Counted from the stretch's first letter, positions 47,422-57,827 are shown. The stretch: 64,000 bases of DNA from an uncultured bacterium (GCA_963736115.1 CAVTNR010000003.1:98798-162797); one strand, 5' to 3'. Notes: generated by a model not told the origin, from the letters alone. Made by a program: numbers and translations.

Positions 47422-50400
47422 ATGTTCGGTAAATTGTTCGAGGCCATTTTCGGCAGCAAACACACCCGCGACGTCCAGCGGATGACCCCGATCGTCGGGG
47501 AAATCAACCGCCTGGGTCCGCCGCTCCGGCAGTTGAGCGACGAACAGCTTCGGGCCAAGACGGACGAGTTCCGGGCGGCTGTCGCGGAAAAAGTCGGGTC
47601 GATACGGGATTCCGTCCGGGACCTGCACGGCCGTCTCACCGCGGTGGCGGTTGAGGGCGCGGCGGCGGACGCGGTCGCGGGCGAGATCGATTTTTACGAG
47701 ATCCGCAAGCAGATCGAGGCGCTGGAGAAAGAGGAGTTTGAGAAGACCCGGGAAGTCCTGCGGGAAATTCTGCCCGAGGCGTTCGCCGTGGTCCGCGAGA
47801 CCTGCCGCAGGCTCGTCGGAAAGTCATGGAAGGTCGTGGGCCGCGACGTGGTCTGGGACATGGTCCCGTTCGACGTGCAGCTCCTGGGCGGCATCGTGCT
47901 CCACGAGGGCAAGATCTCCGAAATGGGCACCGGCGAGGGGAAGACGCTGGTCGCCACCATGCCGCTCTACCTCAACGCCCTGGTTGGGAAGGGCGTGCAC
48001 CTCGTAACCGTGAATGACTACCTGGCCCGCCGCGACTGCGAGTGGATGGGCGAGATATTCAAGTTTCTCGGGCTGACCGTGGACTTCATCACCAACGACA
48101 TGGAACCCGAATCGCGGCGGCGCGCGTACCGGGCGGACATCACCTACGGCACGAACAACGAGTTCGGGTTCGACTACCTGCGCGACAATATGTCGATTTC
48201 CCCGGAGACCGTCGTTCAGCGGGGTCATTATTTCGCGATCATTGACGAGGTCGACTCCGTGCTCATCGACGAGGCGCGGACACCCCTGATCATCTCCGGA
48301 CCCGTCGGTGAATCGTCCAACAAGTACGGCGAGATGAAGCCCAAGGTCGAACAGCTGGTGAAGAACCAGACGGTCCTGGCCAACGGGCTGATGGCCGAGG
48401 CGGAGCGCCTGCTGGCCGAGGGACAGGAATACGAGGCCGGCATCAAGCTCCTCCAGGCCCAGCGGGGCGCGCCCGTCAACAAGCGTCTCGTCAAGCTCAA
48501 GCATGAACAGGGCACTCAAAAGCTCATCCGCCGCGTGGAGGCGGACACTATGCGCGACCGCCGGATGCCTGAAATCGACGCCGCGCTGTTCTTTGCCATC
48601 GACGAAAAGGCGCATACCATCGATCTCACGGACAAGGGCCGCGAGGCCCTGGCTCCGGGCAACCCGGCCCTGTTCGTCGTCCCCGACCTCGCCACCGAGC
48701 TGTCGAAGGTCGACGAGGATGAGACCCTTCCCGAAGCCGAAAGGGCCCTTCGGAAGGATGCGGTCCAGAACGAGTATATCGAAAAAAGCGAACGGCTGCA
48801 CAACATCAGCCAGCTCCTCAGGGCGTACTCGCTGTTTGAAAAGGACGTCGACTACGTGGTGAGCGAGGACCACAAGGTCATGATTGTCGACGAATTCACC
48901 GGTCGGCTCATGCCGGGGCGGCGGTATTCGGACGGCCTGCACCAGGCGCTCGAAGCCAAGGAAGGCGTGACAATCGAGCGGGAGACGCAGACGCTCGCCA
49001 CGATCACCCTGCAGAATTTCTTCCGCCTGTACCGGAAGCTCGCCGGCATGACCGGAACCGCGGAGACCGAAGCGGGCGAGTTCTGGGAGATCTACAAGCT
49101 CGACGTGGTCGTGATCCCCACGAACGAGCCCGTCCGCCGGGAGGACTATGACGACGTGGTCTACCGGACGAAGCGGGAGAAGTATAACGCCATCATCGAC
49201 GAGATCGCCGAGCTCCACGGACAGGGCCTGCCCGTGCTCGTCGGCACCATTTCGGTCGAGGTTTCGGAAACACTGTCGCGCATGCTCAAACGGCGGGGTA
49301 TCCGGCATTCGGTGCTGAACGCCAAGTACCACAAACAGGAAGCGGAAATCGTCTCCATGGCCGGCGAGCCGGGCATGGTCACCATCGCGACGAACATGGC
49401 GGGACGCGGAACGGACATCAAGCTGGGCCGCGGGGTGATCCTGTTTCCGGAGGAAGGGATCGTCGAAATGGTCCAGCAGGCGGCGTCCCTCCAAGCCCGC
49501 GGCCGTACCGTCTTCATCCACGAACTGCCCGCCGAGAACGCGGCGGATGTCTCGAAGAAACTGGCGGAGAGCGGCATCGCCGTCCGGACACCGGGCTCGG
49601 CCGAAGAGAAACAGGCCCTGCTCAGCGGGGAAACGGCCGCGGACGGCGCGGTCGTGGTCATTCCCAGAGATCTGGCCGCGCCCGCGGACAGCCGCACGGT
49701 CCGCGAGGGCGTCGAGCACATCAAGGCCCGGGATTTCGGCGACGGCGGCCTCCAAATCCTCGGAACCGAACGGCACGACGCCCGGCGCATCGACCGGCAG
49801 CTCCGCGGCCGTTCCGGCCGCCAGGGCGATCCGGGCGCCACGCGCTTCTACCTCTCCCTCGAGGACGAACTCATGCGGCTGTTCGGATCGGAGCGGATCG
49901 CCGGGGTCATGGACCGCCTCGGGGTCGAGGAGGGGGAAGTCATCACCCACCCCATGATTACCCGGTCCATCGGACGCGCGCAGAAACGCGTCGAAATGCG
50001 GAACTTCGACATCCGCAAGCATCTGCTCGAATACGACGACGTGATGAACAAACAGCGCGAAGTCATCTACAAGCGCCGGAACCGGGCCCTGGAGGGCGAG
50101 AACCTCCAGGTGGACATCATCGAGATGATCGAAGACACGGCGGCCCAGATCGTCGACGATCGCGCGGAGGAAGCGGAAGACGCGGGATGGGACCTGGCCG
50201 GCCTGCGCGAGGCGCTCGTGAAAACAATGCTTCTCCCCCTGCAGGAACCCGACGCTTCGCTGGCAGGCCTGAAGCCCGAGGAGATGGTCTCGGCCGTAAC
50301 GTCCGCGGCCGTGAAGACCTACAGGCGCAAGCGGGAAATGGTCGGACCCGAGATGATCGCCCAGCTCGAACGCTTCGCCACGCTCAAGACCATAGACGAG

Positions 50401-50829
50401 CGCTGGAAGGAGCACCTGTACGAGATGGACCTGCTCAAGGAGGGCATCGGGCTCCGGGCCTACGGACAGAAGGACCCCCTGATCGAGTACAAGCAGGAGG
50501 GGTTCCGGATGTTCACCGAAATGCTCGGCCAGATCAACCGTGAAATCGTGGAAACGGTTTTCAAGGCGCAGATCCGGGTCGAACAGCCGATGCTCGAATA
50601 TGTGCCGCGCCGGCGGCCCGCAGAGATGGCCATGGTCCACCAGGAATCGACCGGCATGGGTTTTGCGGGCATTCCGGGGGCGGGCGCCGGAGAAGAAGCC
50701 CCCCAGGGCCTGCCGCCCGGCATTCAGCCCGGCCGGACCCGGCCGATCCACGTCGAAAAGGCCCCGGGCCGGAACGACCCCTGCTCCTGCGGGAGCGGTA
50801 AAAAATACAAACACTGCCACGGCGCCTGA
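47422..50829 (+). CDS. secA: Preprotein translocase ATPase SecA (long form with insertions and C-terminal SEC-C motif)
   Basis: 'EMGTGEGKTL', 'TVNDYLARRD', 'IDEVDSVLIDEARTPLIISG', 'TNMAGRGTDIKL', 'QLRGRSGRQGDPG', 'GRNDPCSCGSGKKYKHCHG'. Confidence 0.98.
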   Translation: MFGKLFEAIFGSKHTRDVQRMTPIVGEINRLGPPLRQLSDEQLRAKTDEFRAAVAEKVGSIRDSVRDLHGRLTAVAVEGAAADAVAGEIDFYEIRKQIEALEKEEFEKTREVLREILPEAFAVVRETCRRLVGKSWKVVGRDVVWDMVPFDVQLLGGIVLHEGKISEMGTGEGKTLVATMPLYLNALVGKGVHLVTVNDYLARRDCEWMGEIFKFLGLTVDFITNDMEPESRRRAYRADITYGTNNEFGFDYLRDNMSISPETVVQRGHYFAIIDEVDSVLIDEARTPLIISGPVGESSNKYGEMKPKVEQLVKNQTVLANGLMAEAERLLAEGQEYEAGIKLLQAQRGAPVNKRLVKLKHEQGTQKLIRRVEADTMRDRRMPEIDAALFFAIDEKAHTIDLTDKGREALAPGNPALFVVPDLATELSKVDEDETLPEAERALRKDAVQNEYIEKSERLHNISQLLRAYSLFEKDVDYVVSEDHKVMIVDEFTGRLMPGRRYSDGLHQALEAKEGVTIERETQTLATITLQNFFRLYRKLAGMTGTAETEAGEFWEIYKLDVVVIPTNEPVRREDYDDVVYRTKREKYNAIIDEIAELHGQGLPVLVGTISVEVSETLSRMLKRRGIRHSVLNAKYHKQEAEIVSMAGEPGMVTIATNMAGRGTDIKLGRGVILFPEEGIVEMVQQAASLQARGRTVFIHELPAENAADVSKKLAESGIAVRTPGSAEEKQALLSGETAADGAVVVIPRDLAAPADSRTVREGVEHIKARDFGDGGLQILGTERHDARRIDRQLRGRSGRQGDPGATRFYLSLEDELMRLFGSERIAGVMDRLGVEEGEVITHPMITRSIGRAQKRVEMRNFDIRKHLLEYDDVMNKQREVIYKRRNRALEGENLQVDIIEMIEDTAAQIVDDRAEEAEDAGWDLAGLREALVKTMLLPLQEPDASLAGLKPEEMVSAVTSAAVKTYRRKREMVGPEMIAQLERFATLKTIDERWKEHLYEMDLLKEGIGLRAYGQKDPLIEYKQEGFRMFTEMLGQINREIVETVFKAQIRVEQPMLEYVPRRRPAEMAMVHQESTGMGFAGIPGAGAGEEAPQGLPPGIQPGRTRPIHVEKAPGRNDPCSCGSGKKYKHCHGA

Positions 50830-50869
50830 GCGGCGCGCCCCCTTCACAGTCAAGGAACACGGATTCCGC

Positions 50870-53104
50870 ATGGAGAAATCACTCGTTATCGTCGAGTCCG
50901 ACGCGAAATCGAAAACCATCAAGAAATTTCTGGGCGAACATTTTGCGGTCAAGGCTTCGGTCGGGCATATCAAGAATCTTCCGAAAAACCGGCTGGGTGT
51001 CGACCTGGACAACGGGTTCGAACCCGAATTCATCACGATCCGGGGCCGCGGCAAGATTCTGCAGGAGTTGAAAAAACTCGCCCAGAATTCAGGCCGGGTG
51101 TTCATCGCCACCGACCCGGACCGGGAGGGCGAAGCCATCGCCGCTCACCTGGCGGAGGAAATCGAGCCCAGCAATTCACACATTCAGCGGGTGCTGTTTC
51201 ACGAGATCACCGAAAAGGCGGTCCGAGAGGCCATCGGGAATCCCCTGACCATCGACACCGACAAGGTGGAGGCCCAGAAAGCGAGACGGGTCATGGACCG
51301 GCTGGTGGGATACCAGGTCAGCCCGTTTCTCTGGAAGACGATATACCGCGGCCTGTCCGCGGGCCGTGTCCAGACCGTGGCGCTCCGGCTCCTGTGCGAG
51401 CGGGAGGAGCAGATCTCGAAATTCGCTTCCCGGGAATACTGGACGATTGAAGCCGAGTTCAGGACCCGGGAACAGGAGACGTTCAAGGCGAAGCTGATGA
51501 AAATCGCGGGAGAGGACGCGGACCTCCCCGACGAGGCCGGGGTCCGGCGCCATTCGGAACTCCTGCAGGGCCTGTCCTTCGCCGTTTCCGACCTGAAGAC
51601 GCGCGAGCTGGAACGCAATCCGTATCCGCCGTACACCACGAGCACGCTCCAGCAGGACGCGGTGCGCCGTCTTTCGATGACGACCAAGCAGATCATGGCC
51701 GTGGCGCAGCAGCTCTACGAGGGCGTGGACCTGCCCGAAGGCCGGGTCGGCCTCATCTCGTACATGCGAACCGATTCCACCCGGCTTTCCGCGACCGCAG
51801 TGGAGGAGGCCCGGCAGGCCATTGCCGAGGGATACGGCCTCGAATACGTGCCCGCCAAGCCCCGGCATTTTTCGAACAAGAAATCGGCCCAGGACGCCCA
51901 TGAGGCGATCCGGCCGACCTCTCTGAGCCGGCCCCCGCAGAAAATCGCGCAATATCTCACGCCCCAGCAGAAGAAGTTGTACGAACTGATATGGAACCGT
52001 TTTCTGGCCTGCCAGATGGCCGCCGCGAAATTCCGCCAGACCATTCTCGAAGTCAAGGGCGGGGACTACCTGTTCCGCACCATCGGCACGGATGTCGTCT
52101 TCAAGGGTTTCATGCAGCTCTACGAGGTCGAGGAAAAGGAAGCGGGCGAGCGCAACGCCGTTCCATCGGGCGTGCGCAAGTCGGACGCGGTTTCCCTGCA
52201 GGGCCTGAACCCGGAACAGCATTTCACCAAGCCTCCCGCCCGTTTCAACGAAAGCAGCCTGGTGAAGGAGCTGGACTCCCTCGGCATCGGCCGGCCCTCG
52301 ACCTATGCGCTGATCATCAGCATCCTGCTCGATCGCAAGTACGCCGAGCGCCAGGCGCGGACGCTTGTCCCCACCGAGCTCGGCGTCACGGTGAGCGGCA
52401 TCCTGGTCCGGCAGTTCCCCGACATCTTCAACGTGGGATTCACCGCCCAGATGGAGGAGGAGCTGGATCAGATCGAGGCCGGGGAGAAAAAACGGCTGGA
52501 CGTGCTTCAGGATTTCTACCGTCCCTTCAACGAGGCCGTGACGAAGGCCATGGATAAAAAGGAGGAGATCCGCGAATCGCTCCAGCAGGAGCACGACGAG
52601 AAGTGCCCGAAATGCGGCAAGGATCTCGTGGTGAAGTGGGGGCGCAACGGCCGGTTCATCGCGTGCACCGGATATCCGGACTGCAAGTTCACCAAGCCCC
52701 TGAAGGAGGACATGGTCGAGACGAACGAGACCTGCGAAAAATGCGGGTCGCCCATGGTCGTCAAGACCGGACGGTTCGGGCGGTTTCTCGCCTGTTCAAA
52801 GTATCCCGACTGCAAGTCGACCAAGCCGCTTTCGACGGGCGTGCCCTGCCCCACCGAGGGCTGCACCGGCACGCTGGTGGAGAAGCGGAGCGGCCGCGGC
52901 AAGATGTTCTTCGGGTGCTCGCGGTATCCGGACTGCAAGTTCGCCACATGGAACCGGCCGCTCGCCCAGAAATGTGAAAAGTGCGGGTTCCCCGTGCTCG
53001 AACAGAAGGTCAGCAAGAAGAAGGGCGAATTCCTGCAATGCCCGCAGTGCAAAGCCACATCCGGAGAGGAGCAGACGGAGACAGGGCCGGAAACCGGTTC
53101 ATGA
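50870..53104 (+). CDS. topA: DNA topoisomerase I with C-terminal zinc ribbons
   Basis: 'LVIVES', 'ATDPDREGEAIA', 'SAGRVQT', 'SYMRTDS', 'AQDAHEAIRPT', 'GIGRPSTY', repeated 'C..YPDCK'. Confidence 0.97.
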   Translation: MEKSLVIVESDAKSKTIKKFLGEHFAVKASVGHIKNLPKNRLGVDLDNGFEPEFITIRGRGKILQELKKLAQNSGRVFIATDPDREGEAIAAHLAEEIEPSNSHIQRVLFHEITEKAVREAIGNPLTIDTDKVEAQKARRVMDRLVGYQVSPFLWKTIYRGLSAGRVQTVALRLLCEREEQISKFASREYWTIEAEFRTREQETFKAKLMKIAGEDADLPDEAGVRRHSELLQGLSFAVSDLKTRELERNPYPPYTTSTLQQDAVRRLSMTTKQIMAVAQQLYEGVDLPEGRVGLISYMRTDSTRLSATAVEEARQAIAEGYGLEYVPAKPRHFSNKKSAQDAHEAIRPTSLSRPPQKIAQYLTPQQKKLYELIWNRFLACQMAAAKFRQTILEVKGGDYLFRTIGTDVVFKGFMQLYEVEEKEAGERNAVPSGVRKSDAVSLQGLNPEQHFTKPPARFNESSLVKELDSLGIGRPSTYALIISILLDRKYAERQARTLVPTELGVTVSGILVRQFPDIFNVGFTAQMEEELDQIEAGEKKRLDVLQDFYRPFNEAVTKAMDKKEEIRESLQQEHDEKCPKCGKDLVVKWGRNGRFIACTGYPDCKFTKPLKEDMVETNETCEKCGSPMVVKTGRFGRFLACSKYPDCKSTKPLSTGVPCPTEGCTGTLVEKRSGRGKMFFGCSRYPDCKFATWNRPLAQKCEKCGFPVLEQKVSKKKGEFLQCPQCKATSGEEQTETGPETGS

Positions 53105-54009
53105 CCGGCCCGATCACCGAGTTCTCCGATTATCTGCTCAAGGAGAAGCGCTGTTCGCCGCACACGGCCGCGGCCTACCGGAGCGACCTGGCCCAGTTCG
53201 CGGAAACCCTCGCGGCCGGCGGGCCGGCCGGGGCCTTCGACCCGGCCGCGGTTGAGCCGGAGCAGGTCCGCGCCTGGCTGGCCAGCCTCGTGCGGCACGG
53301 CATGAATAAACGGAGCGTCTCCCGGAAGCTGGCGTCCCTGCGCGCGTTCTTCGCGTTCCGGGCGCGGCATTACGGGTCGGCCGCCGATCCGACCGCGGGC
53401 ATTCGGCCGCCCAAGCCGGAACGGCGCCTGCCGCGGTTTCTTCCGGAATCGGAAATCGCGGCCGCCTTCGGGCGGGTGGAGACGGACACGGATCCGGGGC
53501 TCCGCGACCTGGCGATTCTCGAGTTGTTCTACGGCACCGGCATCCGGCTTTCGGAACTTGCGGGACTCGATCTGTCGGACGTGGACCGGGCGGGCCTGAC
53601 CGTCCGGGTGCGGGGCAAGGGCGGCAAGGAGCGTGTCGCGCCGCTCGGCCGCTCGGCGTTCGAAACGGTGCGGCGCTACCTGGCGCGCCGGGGCGCGTTT
53701 TCCCCGGATTCCGCCTGCAAGGCGCTTTTCCTGAACAGCCGCGGCGGACGGCTCACGCCGCGCGGCATCCAGAACATCGTGCGAAAGCGCCTGCGGGCCG
53801 GTTCCGGCCGGGAGCGGCTCAGCCCGCACATGCTCCGGCATTCCTTCGCCACGCATCTGCTGGACCGCGGCGCCGACCTCCAGTCGGTGAAGGAACTGCT
53901 CGGGCACGCGTCCCTTTCCACCACCCAGACCTACACGCATCTCACGCGGGACCGATTGAAGGCCGTCTACCGGAAGGCCCATCCGCGCTCCGATTCTCCG
54001 GCTTCGTAG
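53101..54009 (+). CDS. xerC: Tyrosine recombinase XerC
   Basis: 'SPHTAAAYRSDL', 'ELFYGTGIRLSEL', 'GKGGKER', 'PHMLRHSFATHLL', 'LLGHASLSTTQTYTH'; follows topA. Confidence 0.9.
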   Translation: MTGPITEFSDYLLKEKRCSPHTAAAYRSDLAQFAETLAAGGPAGAFDPAAVEPEQVRAWLASLVRHGMNKRSVSRKLASLRAFFAFRARHYGSAADPTAGIRPPKPERRLPRFLPESEIAAAFGRVETDTDPGLRDLAILELFYGTGIRLSELAGLDLSDVDRAGLTVRVRGKGGKERVAPLGRSAFETVRRYLARRGAFSPDSACKALFLNSRGGRLTPRGIQNIVRKRLRAGSGRERLSPHMLRHSFATHLLDRGADLQSVKELLGHASLSTTQTYTHLTRDRLKAVYRKAHPRSDSPAS

Positions 54010-54026
54010 CAAGAAAGGAGAGGACC

Positions 54027-54356
54027 ATGCGATTCAACATCACCGCTCGTCATTTCAAGCTGTCCGAGGAACTCAAGGCGTTCACGCAGGAGGAAGCATC
54101 GCGGCTCGCGAAATACTACGACGGCATACTCGACATCGAAGTGATACTCGGATGGGAGAAGAAAAACCGGACGGCGGAAATCAAGATCGCCGTGTACGGC
54201 ACCGTTCTGACCGCAAGTGAAAGTTCGGAGGACATGCAGGCCTCCGTGCGCGTCGCCGTGGACAGGATGGAGCGCCAGCTGATCAAATACAAGGACAAGC
54301 TCCGGGGATTCGAGCACGAGAAAGCGTCCGCGCCCGACGCCGGGGCGAAGGACTGA
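54027..54356 (+). CDS. hpf: Ribosome hibernation promoting factor (HPF/RaiA)
   Basis: 'NITARHFKLS', 'SEDMQASV..DRMERQLIKYKDK'. Confidence 0.9.
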   Translation: MRFNITARHFKLSEELKAFTQEEASRLAKYYDGILDIEVILGWEKKNRTAEIKIAVYGTVLTASESSEDMQASVRVAVDRMERQLIKYKDKLRGFEHEKASAPDAGAKD

Positions 54357-54362
54357 TCCGGG

Positions 54363-55352
54363 ATGGACACCCCGAAGGAACAGCGGTTCATCCCGGTCGA
54401 GACGCTGTACCGGGAGAACGAGAAACGCTGGCGCCTGGAGCTGCTGTCGGGAAAGGGCAGTTTTCCGAAGAAGATCACGGAAAAGGACCTCCATCGGCCG
54501 GGACTTGCTTTGGCGGGTTTCACCGATCTCTTCACTTTTTCGCGGGTGCAGATCTGCGGCAACACGGAGATCCTGTACCTGAACCGCCTGACACCCGACC
54601 AGCGCCGGAAACGGCTACGGAAGCTTTTCACGTTCGACATTCCCTGCGTCATCGTGACGGAGAACAACACCCTGCCTCCGGAGTTCGTCCCGATCGCCGA
54701 TGAGGCTGGCATATCCGTGTTCCGGACGCCGTTCGCGACCACCAAGCTCTTTCAGCTTCTGGGCGACTACCTCGATGAAAAATTCGCGCCCCGCGAACTG
54801 ATTCACGGTTCGATGGTCGACGTCTACGGCATCGGGGTTCTGATCACGGGACGGAGCGGCATCGGCAAGAGCGAAGTGGCGTTGGACCTTGTGTCGCGCG
54901 GCCACCGGCTGGTCGCGGACGACATCGTCACGGTCGACCGGCGGACGTCGGGCGTGCTGATCGGCAAGGTGAACGAGACCCTCCGATACCATATGGAGAT
55001 CCGCGGTCTGGGGATCATCGACATTCACGCCATTTTCGGCATCCGCGGCATCCGGAAGATGAAGAAGGTGGAGGTCCAGGTCGAGCTGGTGGACTGGGAA
55101 AAGTCCGAAAAGTACGAGCGGCTCGGGCTGGAGGACATCACCGTCGATATCCTCGGGGAGAAGGTCCATCTGGTCCGGCTTCCCATTTATCCCGGCAAGA
55201 ACATCTCGATGATCGTCGAAGTGATCGCACTCAACGAGCTGCTCAAGATATACGGGTACAACGCGGCCGAGGCGTTCGAGAACCAGATCGCGCGCACGAT
55301 CAGCCGGAAACTGCGCGGCTACGAGCACGATCCCGATTACATTCACGAGTGA
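54363..55352 (+). CDS. hprK: HPr(Ser) kinase/phosphorylase
   Basis: 'LHRPGLALAGF', 'HGSMVDVYGIGVLITGRSGIGKSE', 'GHRLVADD', 'MEIRGLGII'. Confidence 0.96.
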   Translation: MDTPKEQRFIPVETLYRENEKRWRLELLSGKGSFPKKITEKDLHRPGLALAGFTDLFTFSRVQICGNTEILYLNRLTPDQRRKRLRKLFTFDIPCVIVTENNTLPPEFVPIADEAGISVFRTPFATTKLFQLLGDYLDEKFAPRELIHGSMVDVYGIGVLITGRSGIGKSEVALDLVSRGHRLVADDIVTVDRRTSGVLIGKVNETLRYHMEIRGLGIIDIHAIFGIRGIRKMKKVEVQVELVDWEKSEKYERLGLEDITVDILGEKVHLVRLPIYPGKNISMIVEVIALNELLKIYGYNAAEAFENQIARTISRKLRGYEHDPDYIHE

Positions 55353-55357
55353 GCGAC

Positions 55358-56194
55358 ATGAAAGAACGGAAAGCGGAACTGATCGTCGGACTGGTGGTCA
55401 CCGCCGGCGTAACGCTGCTGGTGCTGGGCGTGGTGTGGGGGAAGAAAGCCTCCTTTTTCTCGAACTGGTCGGTCCGCATGGTCCGGTTCGAGGACGTGCG
55501 GGGTCTGGAAAAAGGGGATCCGGTGGTCGTGCGCGGCATCAGCCAGGGCACGGTAAACGACATCCGTCTCAAGCCCGGCTGGGTCGAGGTGAAGATCCGT
55601 CTCCGCAAGAGTCTCCGGCTTGCCGAGGACGCGGCTGTGTTCATCGACGACAGAAGCCTGATGGGCGGAAAACAGGTGCGGATCGATCCGGGGACCAGCG
55701 AAATCCCGCTGGCCGAAGACGCCGTGCTGAAAGGCAGCATCAGCGGAGATATGCTCGAAGCTCTCGCTTCCGGGAGCCGGGTTCTGACCCAGGTGGATTC
55801 CCTGGTCAGCCGGCTGATGTCCATCGCGGACCGGGAGCGGATGGCCGCCGTGCTCCGGAACGTGGAGAGCACTTCGAGACAGACCAGCGGCATGCTCGAG
55901 GAAAACCGGGCCGCGGTGCGCGCCACGTTGAGCCAGCTCGAGGACATGACCCGAACCCTCAAGGAGGATTCCGCAATCGGCCGGCTGGGCGGCACGGTCA
56001 AGCGCCTGGACAGCACCATCGCCGTCATCCAGAGGGTCGCGATCGCGGCCGAGAGCGAAGACGGGACGTTCCGGAAACTGCTCCGGGACCGGGAACTCTA
56101 CGATCGGCTGATGAGCACATCCCGCGACCTGGACACATTACTCGTCGATTTCAAGAAGAATCCGCAGAAATACATCCGGGTGACGGTGTTTTAG
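55358..56194 (+). CDS. MCE/MlaD family protein
   Basis: N-terminal TM, 'FEDVRGLEKGDPVVVRGISQGTV', 'SLMGGKQVRIDPG', helical tail 'DFKKNPQKYI'; alternative GTG start at 55349. Confidence 0.88.
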   Translation: MKERKAELIVGLVVTAGVTLLVLGVVWGKKASFFSNWSVRMVRFEDVRGLEKGDPVVVRGISQGTVNDIRLKPGWVEVKIRLRKSLRLAEDAAVFIDDRSLMGGKQVRIDPGTSEIPLAEDAVLKGSISGDMLEALASGSRVLTQVDSLVSRLMSIADRERMAAVLRNVESTSRQTSGMLEENRAAVRATLSQLEDMTRTLKEDSAIGRLGGTVKRLDSTIAVIQRVAIAAESEDGTFRKLLRDRELYDRLMSTSRDLDTLLVDFKKNPQKYIRVTVF

Positions 56195-56217
56195 CGGTTT
56201 CGCAGCCTCAAAACAGT

Positions 56218-56246
56218 TTGACTTTTGGCGGGATTGTTCTTAACTT
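56218..56246 (+). promoter_or_regulatory. Sigma70-type promoter of the polysaccharide cluster
   Basis: TTGACT-N17-TAACTT. Confidence 0.5.
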
Positions 56247-56281
56247 AATCATCTATATCATTTTATAAGGATCGGTAAGGA

Positions 56282-56737
56282 ATGATACACGAGGCGAAGG
56301 TCAAACAGCTCCGCGTCATACCGGACGAAAGGGGCCATTTGATGGAAATTCTGCGCCGGGACGATCCGATTTTCGAGGCTTTCGGCCAGGTTTATATGAC
56401 CACCACCTATCCGGGTGTGATCAAGGCCTGGCATTTTCACAGAAAGCAGAACGATAATATTACCGTTGTCAAGGGCATGTTAAAACTGGTTTTATATGAC
56501 GACCGGGAAGGTTCTCCGACACGGGGCGAGCTGAACGAGTTTTTTCTGGGCGAACACAATCCTCTTCTGGTGCATGTCCCCAAAAACGTGTATCATGGCT
56601 GGAAGTGCATCAGTCCGGAAGAAGCCTATGTGGTGAACTGCGTCACGGAACCGTACAATTACAAGGATCCGGACGAGCACCGGCTTCCCTTTGATACGGA
56701 CAAAATCCCCTACAACTGGGACATTCAAATGGGTTGA
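56282..56737 (+). CDS. rmlC: dTDP-4-dehydrorhamnose 3,5-epimerase family (cupin)
   Basis: 'DERGHLME', 'PGVIKAWHFH', 'VLYDDREGSPT', 'VYHGWK'. Confidence 0.85.
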   Translation: MIHEAKVKQLRVIPDERGHLMEILRRDDPIFEAFGQVYMTTTYPGVIKAWHFHRKQNDNITVVKGMLKLVLYDDREGSPTRGELNEFFLGEHNPLLVHVPKNVYHGWKCISPEEAYVVNCVTEPYNYKDPDEHRLPFDTDKIPYNWDIQMG

Positions 56738-56803
56738 CGCGGCCGGGCCGAAATCCGTCCCGATCCGTCGGCCCCTCCCTATTTTTAATGACAAGGTAAT
56801 TTC

Positions 56804-57808
56804 GTGAAAAAAATTCTGGTCACAGGCGGATCCGGGTTTATCGGGAGCAATTACATCCGCTATGCCCTCAACCGGTACCCCGGACTCCAGGTCGTCAACC
56901 TGGACAAGCTGACCTATGCGGGCAATCCGGAGAATCTGCGGGATGTCGAGGCTGATACCCGCTACCGGTTCGTCAAAGGCGACATCTGCGACGAGGCCCT
57001 GGTGGACTCGCTGATGCCCGGCATTGAGGCCGTGGTTCATTTCGCGGCCGAGAGCCACGTCGACCGGTCCATCGGCAAGCCGGATGACTTCATCCGGACC
57101 GATGTGTTCGGCACCTTCGTCCTGCTCGAGGCGTCCCGGCGTCATGGGATCCAGCGTTTCGTCCAAATCAGCACCGACGAGGTGTACGGCAGCACCGACG
57201 ATTCCCAATTCCGCGAAACCGACCCCCTGATGCCGTCGAGCCCCTATTCCGCGTCCAAGGCAGCGGCCGACCGGCTGGCCTATTCCTACTGGGTGACCTA
57301 CAAGCTCCCGGTGGTGATCCCCCGGAGTTCCAACAACTACGGTCCGTTCCAATACCCCGAGAAGCTCATCCCGCTTTTCGTCACGAACGCGATCGACGAC
57401 AAGCCGCTCCCGGTCTACGGAGACGGCCTGAACGTCCGGGACTGGATTTATGTGGCCGACAACTGCGAAGCCGTTGATCTCGTGCTTCAGAAGGGCCATG
57501 ACGGAGAAGTCTACAATGTTGGCGGCGGGAACGAGAGGACGAATCTTGAAATTACGAAGACCATTCTCCGCGAACTCGGCAAGCCGGAAAGCCTGATGAC
57601 CTATGTGAAGGACCGCGAGGGCCATGACCGGCGGTACGCGCTCGACACCGCGAAAATCCGCGGCCTGGGCTGGCAGCCCCGGCATTCCTTCGAAGCGGCG
57701 ATGCGGGATACCGTGTCCTGGTACCGTGACAACCGGGCCTGGTGGGAGAAACTGAAGAGCGGGGAATACCTGGAATACTACAGGCGGCATTACCAGCGGG
57801 AAACCTAA
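56804..57808 (+). CDS. rmlB: dTDP-glucose 4,6-dehydratase
   Basis: 'TGGSGFIGSN', 'DKLTYAGN', 'HFAAESHVDRSI', 'STDEVYG', 'PYSASKA', 'DREGHDRRYA'. Confidence 0.96.
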   Translation: MKKILVTGGSGFIGSNYIRYALNRYPGLQVVNLDKLTYAGNPENLRDVEADTRYRFVKGDICDEALVDSLMPGIEAVVHFAAESHVDRSIGKPDDFIRTDVFGTFVLLEASRRHGIQRFVQISTDEVYGSTDDSQFRETDPLMPSSPYSASKAAADRLAYSYWVTYKLPVVIPRSSNNYGPFQYPEKLIPLFVTNAIDDKPLPVYGDGLNVRDWIYVADNCEAVDLVLQKGHDGEVYNVGGGNERTNLEITKTILRELGKPESLMTYVKDREGHDRRYALDTAKIRGLGWQPRHSFEAAMRDTVSWYRDNRAWWEKLKSGEYLEYYRRHYQRET

Positions 57809-57827
57809 CCGGAACCGGAGGGGATTC

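Noticed and set aside
47824-51138. 1104-aa minus-strand ORF
   Set aside because: Antisense shadow of secA/topA expected from high-GC codon bias; no recognisable motifs.
53101-54009. Tyrosine recombinase as a prophage or island integrase
   Set aside because: XerC-type motifs in a housekeeping topA-xerC-hpf-hprK context; no att sites or cargo seen.
56232-56262. dif-like sequence (TTAACTTAA half-site) downstream of xerC
   Set aside because: Only a partial XerD-arm resemblance; it is better explained as the -10 region of the rmlC promoter.
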